In this document: positions 1-14,539 of the stretch, piece after piece
Layout: each line of letters opens with the position of its first letter
Numbering within the stretch: position 1 is the first letter of the stretch
Assembly (NCBI GenBank): GCA_012295275.1
Contig: CM022666.1
Span: 496,001-560,000 of the forward strand
From: Chrysomallon squamiferum
Lineage: Eukaryota > Animalia > Mollusca
DNA length: 64,000 nt
Direction: 5' to 3'
The notes under the pieces: model-generated
Told to the model about the DNA's origin: nothing
Seen by the model: the letters and a program-made list of their open reading frames with translations, nothing else
The model's database searches: none
Translations under genes and position numbers: made by a program

Positions 1-51
1 GCAGTAGTAATACTAGTAGTAGTAGTAGTAGTAATAGTAGTAATACCAGTA

Positions 52-89
<38 letters not shown>

Positions 90-830
90 ACTATTTGCTT
101 GTTTGTTTTTCTTTCTGTTTATTTGTTTGTATTTCTATACAAATTTTCGCTATTACTGATACAAACCGTACAGACACAAACAACCAATGTATTCTTGTTA
201 TACATGGGTACAAATTCATGATATTCATCAATTAAGTAAAAAAAAAAAAAAAATTTAAACAAATTTCGAAATTTTTGAACATTTTATTCAGATATACATA
301 TTTTGAACATTTCATTAGCACTGTTTTGTACATTTCAAACATCATTACGTCAGCACTAAGTATGACACGTGTGCGGGCCTGAACTGATAAAACTGGGAGT
401 GTTTTTAAAACGAGGGTTTGCTAAATGTGACCCCCAGGTCGGGTGTAAATCATCAGTTTTGTTAAATATTTTCTTTCGTTAACGATTAGACACCGTGTTT
501 TTGTTAGAGCATGTACACCCTGCAATTCATGCATTTACCTGGTGAACAAACCGTTAAAACAGCGCGTTACGTTATTGTAAACAGCTTCTGCTGTCGTTTT
601 TTCACGATCTTGTTACAATTTGCTAATAAAAGGTCAACTATTGGCATGAATCCAGAGCACGGGCTGGTTTTCAGACCCATAAGATGATTTTCAGACCTAT
701 AACATGATTCAAATCCACCGATGGGCCGTTTATCAAGCTATTGTGAGAACTTGACTCATTTCCTGTTTTTCAAACGTTACTTTAATCCACATTCCTTTCC
801 GCAAATTGTCGCTTGCGATAACGATTTAGT

Positions 831-907
831 ACTTCGTTTGTTTTCGTAATGCTCCGGCACTTCGTTTGTTCTCGTAATCCACGGATACTTCGTTTGTTTT
901 CGGAATC
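831..907. repeat. 3 x 28-bp tandem repeat in the presumed 3' UTR of the BTB gene
   Basis: acttcgtttgtt(t/c)tcg(t/g)aat at 831, 859 and 887. Confidence 0.8.
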
Positions 908-923
908 TCGAGCTGTTCATTCA

Positions 924-1621
924 TCAGTCGATTTTCTTTTGAGACATTTTAAATTCCTTAATCTAAAATCAAAATAAATAAATAGTTAGAGATCGTAAGA
1001 GATAATCCTTATAGAATATGTTCCGTTAAGAAGAATTAAACATAACAAACAGTAGTGTATATGATATTGTAAAGTCTTATTTTAATTATTTATAAATATT
1101 CTGCAAGAATTTTCAATAATAAAACTAATAATAATAATCAGAAAAATATATCTGAAGTACGTTTATCAACAAAAAAAGGAAAAAAAAAAAAGAAAAAAAA
1201 AGAAGCTAGACATACCTTTTCAGAAATGATTTTGTATGATGGATGGCTGTGGTACAGAATCGCTGATTGGATGATACCAGTCATGTGACCAAAAGTCACT
1301 GATCTTTCAAGAAACTCCCAGCATGCTTTAGATAAATCAAAAATATTGAACTCTGAAGCAGCACACAGTAAACCTAAATAAATAAAATTAAATAATTAAT
1401 TAATTAATAATGATGATGAGGATGATGACGATGATGATGATGATAATAATAATAATCATAAACATAAATATAAACATAACAGTAACATTTATGATGGTGG
1501 TGGTAGTGGTAGTAATAATAGCTGTAGTAGTTCTAGTGGTAGTTGTAGTAGTAGCAGTAGTAGAAGAAGTAGTGGTAGTAGTAGTAACGGATATATTTAT
1601 TACAGTGATAATAATAAAAGC

Positions 1622-1658
<37 letters not shown>

Positions 1659-1687
1659 TTAATCAGTACAACAGCAACAATAGTAAA

Positions 1688-1733
<46 letters not shown>

Positions 1734-3276
1734 GTTGTTATTAAAATCTTACCAATTAAGGTTTCCTGGGTAACGGTCACATGACCAAGATGGAGGAAGA
1801 ACACCAGTTTTCTGAAGACGTGTTCGTCAAAATGGCGGACAGATATAACTAACTTTTCTCTGCTGTTCAACTGTCCAGGCTTCGTCTTCAGATTTTTCTT
1901 CTTCTTGCCAAATCTGAGAAATTTCAGAACTTTGTTCGATCGTCCAGATGATTTTTTATCTCCCTTCGTACTTCGCTGCTCGCTCAATATTGCGTGACAG
2001 AGGACGCTGAAAGTAGCAGAATAAAATGACGTCACAATGGAACATATTTATTAATTTATTAATTACTATGCAAATTCGGTAGGTATATATGTTTTATACA
2101 ATAAAGTATTTACGTATATTGTTTTATGTTTGTGTCCATACGTGGGTCTGTGTTAGCATGGTGTTTGTCATTGACAGCAATACGTTTTGTTTATATTTTG
2201 TTTCTATACCAACACTGAGTCATGACCTCTATTTAGAAAAGCAATAGTGCGAGTAGAAATATTGTATTGTGTATCACTATCAGTTATCTGAGACTACGAG
2301 GAGTGTCTTCAGATTAGTGGAATAATAAAGATAATGAACGTACTCAGCTTATTGTTTCTGTGCCCCTTTGTGTTAACCTCGGTCTAGTAGACCTTTGTGT
2401 AACACCAGTTCCTAAAACCTATTATTATCACTAGTCTTTGTTAATTATATATGCGTGTATGTATGTGTGTGTGTGCGCGTGTGTGTGTCTGTGTGTGTGT
2501 TAATAAGAGTCTCTGTCACTCAAATAACTGTATTTTAAAACCAAGTTAAACACAGTTAATATCATTTCTTAATTATTAATTTTTAACTAACCTGCTTCTT
2601 GCTGCTATGACAGATTTCAAGCCGTAGACTGGTGCCTGGTCTTTCCCTACCAGAAACGTGACGTCACACAGGTGTGGCATACAGAGAATATATTCAAACG
2701 TATGACACAGTGAATTAGAATTCTGTAACGTAGTCGACTCTCCAGAACCGTCCTCCATACATGATTCTGTATCCGAATCTGTATCCCAGTCTGTATCCGA
2801 ATAGTCACGTGACGTATCATAACCCGAGGAAGAGTCTATAATGAGATTATAAATTTAAAAATTAGATAAAATAATATAATGTCTGAAAGGATGTTTTTTT
2901 TTGTTGTTGTTGTTTTTTTTTTCCTCGTTTTCTTTTTCTTAAGAGAGAGTGTATTATAATGCGCTTTTAAAGATTTATTTATTTATTTATTTATTTATTT
3001 ACAAATTAGATTAAGTTACAAAAATAAAAATATATACATACATACATAACTTGAAAACTGAATAATTAATTTATAAACTGAGTGAACACAAAAATCGTTG
3101 ATACAAATTGAATTAACATAACGTGTACTGCCTTTACCTTAAAATACTAAAATCACCAACTTACCATCCGAATCACATTCACTTCCAGCTAACTCCCAGT
3201 CGCTGCTCATTTCTGTTCGTCCTTTTGTTACATCTGCAAGACAGCCGGGAGCAGAATCAGCAGATTTCACGTCCAT
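924..3276 (-). CDS. BTB/POZ-domain protein with acidic Ser/Asp-rich N-terminus (serine-enriched protein-like), 5 exons, 268 aa
   Basis: Exons 3276-3165, 2835-2592, 2006-1753, 1373-1216, 962-924; all GT-AG, phases 1/2/1/0 consistent, ending in TGA. Translation includes the BTB signatures LCDVTFLVGKDQAPVYGLKSVIAARS, FDEHVFRKLVFFLHLGHVTV and LIGLLCAASEFNIFDLSKACWEFL. Confidence 0.85.
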
Positions 3277-3879
3277 CGTAAGTATTTTTCTTTTTAAACG
3301 AAAATGAAGCGGGCTTGAAAACACGTTAAGCGAAGCAACGAATGAAGTTAAATATGAGTGATGTTGTAAATGTGTTCGTGTTTTATATTTTATTATAATT
3401 ATTTGCTGGCGTGCTCTTGCAATCGCTGTCATCTGTGACGTAATCTGACCAGCAGACGACATTATTGCACTTTATTAGTGATGACGTCTGTTGATTTGTC
3501 TGTGACTCGTGTCATGTGATTGTAACACGTGACGCTATCTTTCAAAATCAGCACTCACTAATTAAGCGATAATTGCGACGGTAAGCGTTTTCTTTGTAAG
3601 CGTGTTATGTTCTAAACGTGTCAAACAGAAAACTTCTTTAAAATAAACAGTATTCATTCGTTCGTTCATTCGTTTATTAATGCATTTACAAATTTATTTA
3701 TTCATATACTTGCTTATTCAATCATCCATTCATTTGTTTATTGGTTTATAAATATAATTATTTGTTTTTGTTTTTTTCAATTATTATAGCTACAAAAATA
3801 AATTACTTTTTGCAATGTATTTTTTTACCTTCGTTTATCATCAAATATCTGTCTTGTCGAAATATCTCAGTCAACAGCA

Positions 3880-4748
3880 CATCACTACCACTGTTACTTT
3901 TACTACTACTGATACTTCTACTACTACTGATACTTCTACTACTACTGATACTTCTACTACTACTGATACCACTACTTACTGGTACCCGAACTACTGCTAC
4001 CACAACTATACTGTCAGTATACCACTATTACTACTACTACACTACACCTATTTACTTCTATTTATACTATTGCAACAACCACTACATTATTACTACTACT
4101 ACTGTCATTACTACTGGAACAATTACTAGATCTACTCTTATTACCGCTAGTACCATTGATACAACTAGTACTTACTACTACTGTTTCTATTACTATTACA
4201 AACACTACCACTACTACTACTACTACTAATACCACCACCACCACCACCACCACTACTACTACCACTATTACTACCACCACCACTACTACTACCACCACCA
4301 CCACCACTACTACTACTACCACTACTACTACTACTACTACCACCACACCACCACCACCACTACTACCACCACCACTACTACCACCACCACCACCACCACT
4401 ACTACTACTACACCACCACTACTACTACTACCACTCACCACCACCACTACTACTACTACCACCACCACCACCACTACTACTACTACCACACCACCACCAC
4501 CACTACTACTACTACCACCACACCACCACTACCACTACTACCACCACCACTACCACTACTACTACCACCACCACTACCACTACTCACCACCACCCACTAC
4601 TACTACTACCACTACTACTACTACCATCACCACCACTACTACTACTACCACCACTACTACTACTACTACTACCACCACTACCACTACCACTACTACCACC
4701 ACCCACACTACCACTACTACCACCACCACTACCACCACCACTACTACC

Positions 4749-4783
<35 letters not shown>

Positions 4784-4808
4784 CACCACTACTACTACCA
4801 CCACCACC

Positions 4809-4840
<32 letters not shown>

Positions 4841-4974
4841 CACCACTACTACTACTACTACTACCACCACCACCACCACCACTACTACTACTACCACCAC
4901 CACTACCACTACTACTACTACTACCACTACTACTTTACCACCACTCACTACCACTACCACCACCTCACCACACC

Positions 4975-5012
<38 letters not shown>

Positions 5013-5020
5013 CACTCACC

Positions 5021-5052
<32 letters not shown>

Positions 5053-6660
5053 CACCACTACTACCACCACCACCACCACTACTACTACTACCACCACTAC
5101 TACTACTACTACTACTACCACTACTACCACCACCACTACTAGATCTAGATTTTATTACCACTACCACATTGATACAACTCACTTACTACTACCACTATTA
5201 CTACTATTACAAACACCACCACTACCACTACTACTACTACCACCACCACCACCACCACCACCAACTACTCACCACCACCACCACTACCACCACCACCACT
5301 ACTACATCACCACCACCACCACTACTACACCACCACCACACTACTACTACTACTACCACCACTACTACCACCACCACTACTACCACCACCACTACCACCA
5401 CCACCACCACCACCACTACTACTACTACCACCACACCACCACCACCACCACTACCACTACACTACTACTACCACCACCACCACCACCACACCACCACTAC
5501 CACCACCACCACTACTACTACTACTACCACCACCACCACCACCACCACCACCACCACCACCACCACTACTACTACCACCACCACCACCACCACCACCACT
5601 ACCACCACCACCACCACCACCACTACCACCACCACCACCACCACTACTACCACCACCACCACCACTACCACCACCACCACCACTTCACCACCACCACCAC
5701 CACCACCACTACCACCACCACCACCACCACCACCACCACCACTACCACCACTACCACCACCACCACCACCACCACCACCACCACCACCACCACTACCACC
5801 ACCACCACCACCACCACCACCACCACCACCACCACACACCACACCACCACCACCACCACCACCACCACCACCACCACCACCACCACCACCACCACACCAC
5901 CACCACTACCACCACCACCACCACCACCACCACCACCACTACCACCACCACCACCACCACCACCACCACCACCACCACCACTACCACTACCACTACCACT
6001 ACCACCACCACCACCACCACCACCACACCACTACCACCACCACCACCACCACCACCACCACTACTACCACCACCACCACCACTACTACTACTACCACTAC
6101 TACCACCACCACCACCACTACCACCACACCACCACCACCACCACCACCACCACCACCACCACCACTACTACCACCACCACCACCACTACACCACCACCAC
6201 CACCACCACCACTACCACCACCACCACCACCACTACCACCACCACCACCACCACCACCACCACCACCACCACTACTACCACCACCACCACTACCACCACC
6301 ACCACCACTACTACCAGTACCACTACTACTACTACCACCACCACTACCACCACCACTACTACTACTCCCACCACCACCACCACTACTACTACTCCCACCA
6401 CCACCACCACTACTACTACTACCACCACAACCACCACTACTACCACCACCACCACTACTACTACTATTACCAACACCATCACCACCACCACTACTACTAC
6501 AACCACCACGACCACTACTACTACCACCACCACCACTATATCTATTTTCACACTACTACCATTTCCATGTTACTCTACTACTACTACTACTACTACTTCT
6601 ACTACTATTACTACTACTACTAATAATAATAATGATAATAATAATAATAATAATAATAAC
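3880..6660. repeat. ~2.8 kb compound (ACT/ACC)n trinucleotide low-complexity tract
   Basis: Near-continuous ACT/ACC/CAC repeats; source of the poly-T/P/H/V ORFs in the track. Confidence 0.95.
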
Positions 6661-6749
6661 AACAACAACGACGACGACAACAGCAGCAGTCAGAAGAAGA
6701 AGAACAAATAATATATATATATTTATCAGTTACATATTTAAATATATGT

Positions 6750-7400
6750 ACGGTAGGTTAGGTTGATATCAGTGTTTAAGTATGTCACGTTTAGCCTCTG
6801 GTGTATGACGAGAGAGACAGTCACGTGATTGTAATAAACACAGGCCTTGACCCTACTTGCACTTTAAATTCACATTCCATTTATTATAGAAATAGAATAA
6901 GCGTATTTAATAAGTGTACATAATAAAAGATTTCTTTGTTTATCTACATATATACCTGTATCTATCTAAATCTGTGTATCTGTTATAATTGTCTTATACC
7001 GTGTTAATGTTTTTTTATTTAATACACTATTCCGTTTTACGTGTATTGGTTACTATGTAGGCCGAGTTGAGTAAAACACTGTCAGCTGAATATCAAGTCG
7101 TGATTTATTCACGTATCTGTTCCGCTTTGTTATTCCAAAATTAGACAACATGGCATTGTAGATATATGTATATGTATGTATATAGGATTACGTAAGAATA
7201 TGCAAAAACAGACGGGGCTTCCCCTCAAATTCTAAATCGTGTTTTCATCAGGGAACTCGATACAGGAATTACGTGCTCGGTGGAGTGGAAGTAGACTAGG
7301 AATCTGTGTAATGTTTACAACTCAAGATAGTCCATTGACGAAGTAACGATTTGTTTGATTGGGTGATATCGATTTCCTTCGATCACATGATTTCTTGATA
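6750..7400. repeat. Mosaic copy of cluster-spacer modules (direct to ~12790-13040, inverted to ~13800-14050)
   Basis: ctacttgcactttaaattcacatt...aataagcgtatttaataagtgtac is shared with 12937-13004 and 20236-20302; 7020-7260 matches the reverse complement of ~13840-14050. Confidence 0.75.
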
Positions 7401-8044
7401 AGAATTTCTTTAGGCTCTCTTTCTCTCGTACCTTATTTCGTTACTAAAATATTCACAACAACAACAACGACGACTCCAACCTCAGTGCTGTTTCATTTAA
7501 ATAATCAAATACAATTTATCGAAACATCTTTTTTTTTAATTCATACAATTCTTCTCCTCTAGGTCAGTGTTTAGAATTTAAATATCTTATTACAAGTTTA
7601 TGACGTTCTTACTTACGATAGTAAAATAACTTCTCATCTAAACTGGACCTAAGTGTATTCCCGGCTAAGTACACACAGACTGATGAGTCTAATACACAAT
7701 TTCCATTTCATTTAAATAATTTAAATCTTAAAAAGTGTTTTCAGATCTAGTGCGAAGACCCCATTTTACCCGAGTTGTTGTAATTCTGACGTGTAGAAAC
7801 GTGGTTTCCACGTGCATTTAAATGCATCAGAGAGTCTTAAATACTGATGAAAATATAAAGAAGTAAAAACTAAATGACACAGTGTTTTGTCAACAGCATC
7901 TCAGCATATTTTCATATCAGCCATTGTTACCTGTGACTCACATCTATCTCTCCCCCCTCTCTCCCGCCACCTCTTTGCGTATCTCACTGTTTCTTTTTCT
8001 TTGTCCTTTTTTTTTTTTTTATCTCTCTAACCAGTCACTTCCTC

Positions 8045-8173
<129 letters not shown>

Positions 8174-8634
8174 GTCAGGCTGACTGTGGAACAGAAAACA
8201 TGATACAGCAGTTTTCATGAACACTTTTTATGTATCTGATATTTACAACTTTTTTTTGTGTGTGGGTGTGTGCGTATGTATGTATGTGTTTGTGTGTGTG
8301 TATATATATATATATAATATATCAGAAGTAAGTTGATCATGTAAACAAATCTTAAGTATCACAATTTCATAAATATACATATTAACATATATATTAGAAT
8401 GCATAGATGCATACATACATACATACATACATACATACATACATACGCACACACTTCCATACACACATACACATAAACACACACACATAAAAAAGTGTAC
8501 TATATACATGAAAATAAAATAATGATCGGGTAAGAAAATGAATTCAATTATCAAAACTTTAAAAATCTGTTGTCAACCACATCACAGACAGTCACACTTT
8601 CTCAACAACGTAAAAAGCAAAACAAAATAAACAA

Positions 8635-8668
<34 letters not shown>

Positions 8669-8750
8669 TTCATCATCAACAACAGTAATTACAAAAATAA
8701 AAGTAGCAACCTAAAATAGTTTGTTACCAAGTCATTCAAGAACCCCAGCA

Positions 8751-10437
8751 CTAAGTTATCATTAGAATTTCAAAGAAATTTGATATCGGCATATTATATA
8801 TCAAATGCGGTTCACTAAAGTACGAGTACACACAGTCGTTTTTACGAACGCGTACGGAAACTTGCAGATCGGCGGACAGGTACGAACTCTTTTTAACGTC
8901 AAGTCTTTCCAAAGCGAGGCTCTTATTACTACCGTTACGTGACTTGCCGAAAATCGCGTGGGTGACAAACTGATTGTTTCCCGTGACAAGTTTATTGTTC
9001 ACTGTATCCAGACTGAAGTGACTGTGAAGTCTAACCAGCCCGTTTCTCTTCAAGCAAAGAGTGTTGTTGAAAAATGTGACGTCACCCATCACAAAGGCAT
9101 TCTGGGATTTATCTGTCCACTGGAGAGTGTGGTTTTTTTCTGTAATACACAAGTAAATATATATATTTTTTTTTTTTTTCAAAGAGTAAATAAATATTAT
9201 AAATAAATAAATTACAATAACAAAATTATTTGCATATATATTGTAGTTGAACGTATGAATTACAGATATGTAAACTGAATGAAATTACAGATATACAAAA
9301 TTCAGTGAAAGTATAAAATTACTAATCTTTAAGCTGAATGGCTGTATAAGATCACTGATATACAAATTGATTATATGTATGAAATTAGTCACTATGTGAA
9401 ATAAAATATGCTGATAATTAATTTAGAAAAAGTGAATTTAGAAGAGACATATGGACAGAGAGACACATATGGAGGGAGGTAAAAAGAAAGAGAGAGGGAG
9501 GGAGACGGAGAGAAAGTGACAGACAGACAGACAGACAGACGGACGGAGAGATGAACGTACTTGTCAGAGCAGTGTTCAGTGTGACTAAGGCTGCAGTTAC
9601 TGGTCGCTTTGCACTGGAAGCTGACGTCTTTCCTAAAATAACATTTTTACATTTATACTAACAATAATAATAACAATAATAATAATAATAAAATAAAATA
9701 AATAAGTAAGTAAATAAAAAACCAACAACAATAACAACAACAACAACAACAATAATAATAATAATAATAAATAAATAAATAAATAAATAAATAAACAAAA
9801 AGAATACAAAGGGTTTCTTAAAATACAAACTAAAAGCAATCTCAACTAAAAACAACAACAATAATAATAATAATTGTTTAATTAAATTAATTAATTAATT
9901 GAAATAAGCGATAAATTCATTCTTACCATCAGCACAGTTTATACGAATTATGTTTTCTTTTGCTGTCAGCAAATCTTCGCTTCTGATAGGAATCTGTAAT
10001 TTGATTTTTATATATATATATTTATTTATTTATTTATTTATTTAATATCAGATAATTTAATTCTGCTGACACAGCTTCATAGATCATTGTATAATAATTA
10101 ACAAATATACAAAGAGAAACAAACAACAAATAATAATAATAAAAATATATAAATAAACAAAATAAATGTTTTAAAAACATATACCCAATAACAACGACAA
10201 CAACATCAACAATAATGATGATGATGATGATGATGATGATAACTGTTCCCGCCTGCTCATAGGATTTGCCGATTCTTGTTGAGATCGTGTTCTCAGTAAG
10301 CTATTTTTAGATACATCCGGGAATGCCAAATCATGGGAAAACCCAACAATATTTCCACTATCATTATTCACACCGATAAAATCCGTGACCAGAATAAAGA
10401 AAATACTAGTAGTAGTTATTTTAGTAGTAGCAGCAGC

Positions 10438-10469
<32 letters not shown>

Positions 10470-11091
10470 TAGTAATCAACTTTTCCTCTCTTACATTAAT
10501 TCTAAAGCTCAAACTGTTTGTTTTCTTTCTTAATTTAACTCTTGACGTTGGTGATATGAAATTTTATAAATTACAAAAATCTGTAATTACCATGCCGCGA
10601 CGTTCACTCATCTCCTTGAAGTCCTCCTGGTCCTTTCTCACGCAGCAGACGCCATTTAAAGTTTTAAACACGACACGAACACCTGGAATCCCCGCGTCAC
10701 CGCACGGGTAACACAAAAAGTCCTGTCCAGCAACCACAACACTGGCTTTCTCTGAGTGACTCCGTGTCTCACATTTTACGAGGAACCCTGTCAGGACACA
10801 AACTGCCGCAAACAGTATTAGAACCAAGACAACGGCAGCAATAAACATATATTTGACAGTGCTGGAGTTAAAAGCACTTGTTATCCTATACAGTTGTGGT
10901 CGAATAGAGCCCGACTCAATCCGCATAAACTGGCGCACATTCCCACCGCCATTTCGAATGATTTTCTCGTCTGCAGATGTTCCGCGGGAGAAAACTAGTT
11001 CATGTGTTTCGTTTGAACTGTTTTGCCTTGAGTACAGAGAGCTGATATTTTGTGTTTTCAGAGCATTTCCATTTGTAGACTTTGACATCAT
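8751..11091 (-). CDS. TNF ligand superfamily-like type II membrane protein, copy 1 (4 exons, 342 aa)
   Basis: Exons 11091-10591, 9993-9927, 9632-9561, 9139-8751; GT-AG, phases 0/1/1. TM helix YMFIAAVVLVLILFAAVCVLTGFLV, then CYPC...NGVCC. The C-terminal ~145 aa follow the TNF-homology strand pattern: AALV..LQW..AF..G.V.F.NNTL....G.....S.F....ND.V...F.....IY....NFF.I. Family call is by motif recognition, not a database search. Confidence 0.8.
10335..10344. promoter_or_regulatory. Intronic Rel/NF-kB-like site GGGAAAACCC (TNF-like copy 1, intron 1)
   Basis: Positionally conserved in copy 2 (17519-17528) and as GGGAAATCCC in copy 3 (24638-24647). Confidence 0.45.
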
Positions 11092-11150
11092 TTTTGTTCT
11101 GGTCTTGCCGAGAGAACGGAAGCGACTGAATGAACACGTCTGTCGCGAAC

Positions 11151-11236
11151 TTTATATATCTCGTGTCGGGATTTCCCCACATTGTTGTTATTTGATTGGC
11201 TGTTCCTTTCAGGCCTTCACCGGTTTCGTTACGTCA
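11151..11236 (-). promoter_or_regulatory. Core promoter of TNF-like copy 1: TATA box, kappaB site, CCAAT box, CRE-like site
   Basis: TATATAAA (minus) 11151-11158; GGGATTTCCC 11168-11177; CCAAT (minus) ~11195-11199; TTACGTCA 11229-11236; all 60-145 bp upstream of the ATG. Confidence 0.6.
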
Positions 11237-11312
11237 TCATTTTACACCGGAAAGATAGAAATGTGTCAAACAGCTAAAAATGTAAAACGTTGTACTCTTA
11301 TATCCTTATTTC

Positions 11313-11344
<32 letters not shown>

Positions 11345-11367
11345 TAATAATAATAATAATAATAATA

Positions 11368-11409
<42 letters not shown>

Positions 11410-11429
11410 ACATTATTATCGTCATCGTC

Positions 11430-11473
<44 letters not shown>

Positions 11474-11736
11474 CACTTGGACGAATCTCTACTTTTATTA
11501 CTTCTCCTACTGAGGTACTGACGCTAAAACTGCTTCCTCTACTACTGCTACTGCTACTGCTCCTACTACAACTACTACTGCTGCTATACTAGCTATTACT
11601 ATTACTGTACTGTATTATTAATATTACTGTTCTTCTGCAATTGCTGTTGTGCTGTTAATGTTATTATTGTTATAATAATAATAAGAACAACAACACCAAT
11701 AATAGGGCTGACTGTTAAAAGATCTATAATTAATTA

Positions 11737-11796
<60 letters not shown>

Positions 11797-11801
11797 TGCA
11801 G

Positions 11802-12112
11802 AAAAATCAAACGGTCTGAAGTGGCTGACCGGGTTTCTACAGGGGGCAGTGGACTTTGTGAACGGGACGATGCTGTGTCTGAGAGAGGGTGGACTCGTAA
11901 ATATCGTCAGCCATTTCAGTTTCGACACATACAACAAGAAACCCAAACAAGACGCCGTCATCGTCAGACACGTCGTCTTCAAAGTGACAAACAAAACCTA
12001 CACGAAACTCGCCTACGAGAACGTCTCTTTGAAACAACAGTACACCAGCCACCTCGAGGTCACGGAAATGTTTTCAACCAATGACTGCGTTTGAATTTAC
12101 GTATCAACACCT
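11802..12112 (+). pseudogene. Inverted orphan copy of the TNF-domain exon of paralog 4
   Basis: Nearly identical to the reverse complement of 30550-30863, including acceptor ctgcag and upstream intron. GGA>TGA stop at 12092-12094, 6-bp deletion, truncated 3' end, no upstream exons seen. Confidence 0.85.
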
Positions 12113-12241
12113 TATACATTTTATATATTATTCGTTGTTACCTGTGAGTCATGTCTATCTCTCCCCCCTCACTCCCGCCATCTCCTTGTTTATCTCACTG
12201 TTTGATTTTCTTTCTTCTTCCTCTTTCCTTTGTTCGTTTTA

Positions 12242-12287
<46 letters not shown>

Positions 12288-12706
12288 AGACATCGGACAT
12301 GCGTGAAAGAAAAACGTATTTCAAGTGTCAGGTTGGACTGTTTAGAAAACATGATACAGCAGTTTACACTTTTTATGTATCTGATTTTTACAGCCAGTGC
12401 ACTGGTTCATGACGAATAATTTAAAATTATCTTCTTCCGAAACCAGGATGTATCTATTGCTGGAAATAGAAATTCTCGTGATTCATCTCATAACTTAGTT
12501 TTCATTTTAAAATATAATTTAATGTTAGATAACACAGTCTAATATGAAATAATATGACGTGCTGTTTTTATTTTATTTAATTTAAATGTATTTTAGCCAA
12601 TCAATTAATCGTTTCATCGATCAAATCTATCATTCATAGGATCACTAAAAGAATAAATTAGACAGTCGATCAATCATTAATTTGTTTGACAGTATATTTA
12701 ATATCG

Positions 12707-12758
<52 letters not shown>

Positions 12759-13640
12759 ATATATTAGTGACTACATAAATATACATAGACGGTAGGTTGT
12801 AAACTGCCTTGATACCTATGTTTAAGTATGTCACATATTACATCTGTGACTGGAATTACAAAAATAGCTTCCGATGTAAGACAAGAGAGGAAATCACGTG
12901 ACTGCAATTAAACGGGTATTTCAAACAGAGCGTGAGCCTACTTGCACTTTAAATTCACATTCTATTTATTACAGAAATAAAATAAGCGTATTTAATAAGT
13001 GTACGTACTAATAGATTTATTTATCTACATCTATACCTGTATCCACCTTTTTCTATCTACAACTACAACGAAAACTACTACTACTACCACTTCAGGTAAT
13101 AATAAAACTAGAAGCAGCAGTCTGAATATTAAGCAGTAGTAGTTGTAGTATAATCCTAGATTAATCTGTATACAAAGTTTGAATGTATGTATGTATGTAT
13201 GTATGTATGTATGTAGATATGTATGTATGTATATATATATATATGTAGATATGTATATATTTCATTTCTCTTTTACTTCAACTTTCTCTTTCTGCTTCTC
13301 TCTGATCTGTCATTTTTCCTTTTTCTTTTAAATTTTAAATTCCTAATCGTAAATTACCCATTTTCATTTTCTCCCTCCAAAATTTTCTACTTTCCTTTTT
13401 GTTTTGACTTTATTTTGCTCTGTTCTTTTCTTCTTTTTTGCCTCTGCAGCAATAATCCTCTTCTTTCTGATCTTATTACTGCAGTCATTTTTCATATTTT
13501 TATTACTAATGTTCTTGTTGTTGTTGTTAAACTTTTCGTTATATTAAATTTGTAAAACACTAATGCATACACGTAGATACAAATGGAAAGAATACGTGCA
13601 TGTGTTTTCAAACCCAGTGTGCATATATGTGTGCGTGTTT

Positions 13641-13787
<147 letters not shown>

Positions 13788-14539
13788 ATTACAACAATTC
13801 TCAGTTTTGTTCCACTTGATCGAACAGGTAAGTCGTATATCGAGTTCACTGATGAAAATATAAACACGACGATCTAGAATTTACGGGGAAGCCCCGTCTG
13901 TTTTGTTATATACTTGCTATCTAATTTTGGAATGACAAAGCTGAACTGATATGTTAGTATGTCATGGACTTGAAAATCAGCTGATAGTATTTTACGGAAC
14001 TCTAGACCTACAGAGTAACCAGTACACGTAAAAAAGAATAGTGTATTAAATAAATCAGTTAATGTTGTATAATATAATAATATAATGTAATATATGATAA
14101 TATAATATAATATATGATAGTATGTGATAATATATTATAACATAATCAAACAAGCCTATAAAATAAAGTAAAATAAAATAAAAATATAAAATAAATATAG
14201 AAATAAGGATAATATATTTAGATTATTTCTACATGTTAATAATCTTTTTTTTTTTTTTTTTTTTTTTTCTGAACTGATATGTGGCCTAAAATAAAAGAAC
14301 TCACATGTCATGGACAAATGGTTTAAATAAAAAATAAATCATTTCATTGATAATTATTAAATAAAGAAAACAAACTGAATAAATAAACAAATAAACAAGA
14401 CCGTCTATGTGTAGTGACGAGTAAAATACTGAATACAGCGTTTAAATGTTTTCACGTTCTTTATTAAAGTCAAAATTAGTCACGTCAAAATCCGTGATCT
14501 CAAAGTAAGACAACTCAGCTTCAAACGCCTTCACATCAG

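Noticed and set aside
3741-6623. Long ORFs of 328 and 484 aa rich in T/P/H/V
   Set aside because: Translations of ACY microsatellite, open in several frames on both strands.
10853-11329. Plus-strand ORFs antisense to TNF-like exon 1 (also 18008-18430, 25215-25409)
   Set aside because: Shadow frames with non-ATG starts and different stop positions among copies.
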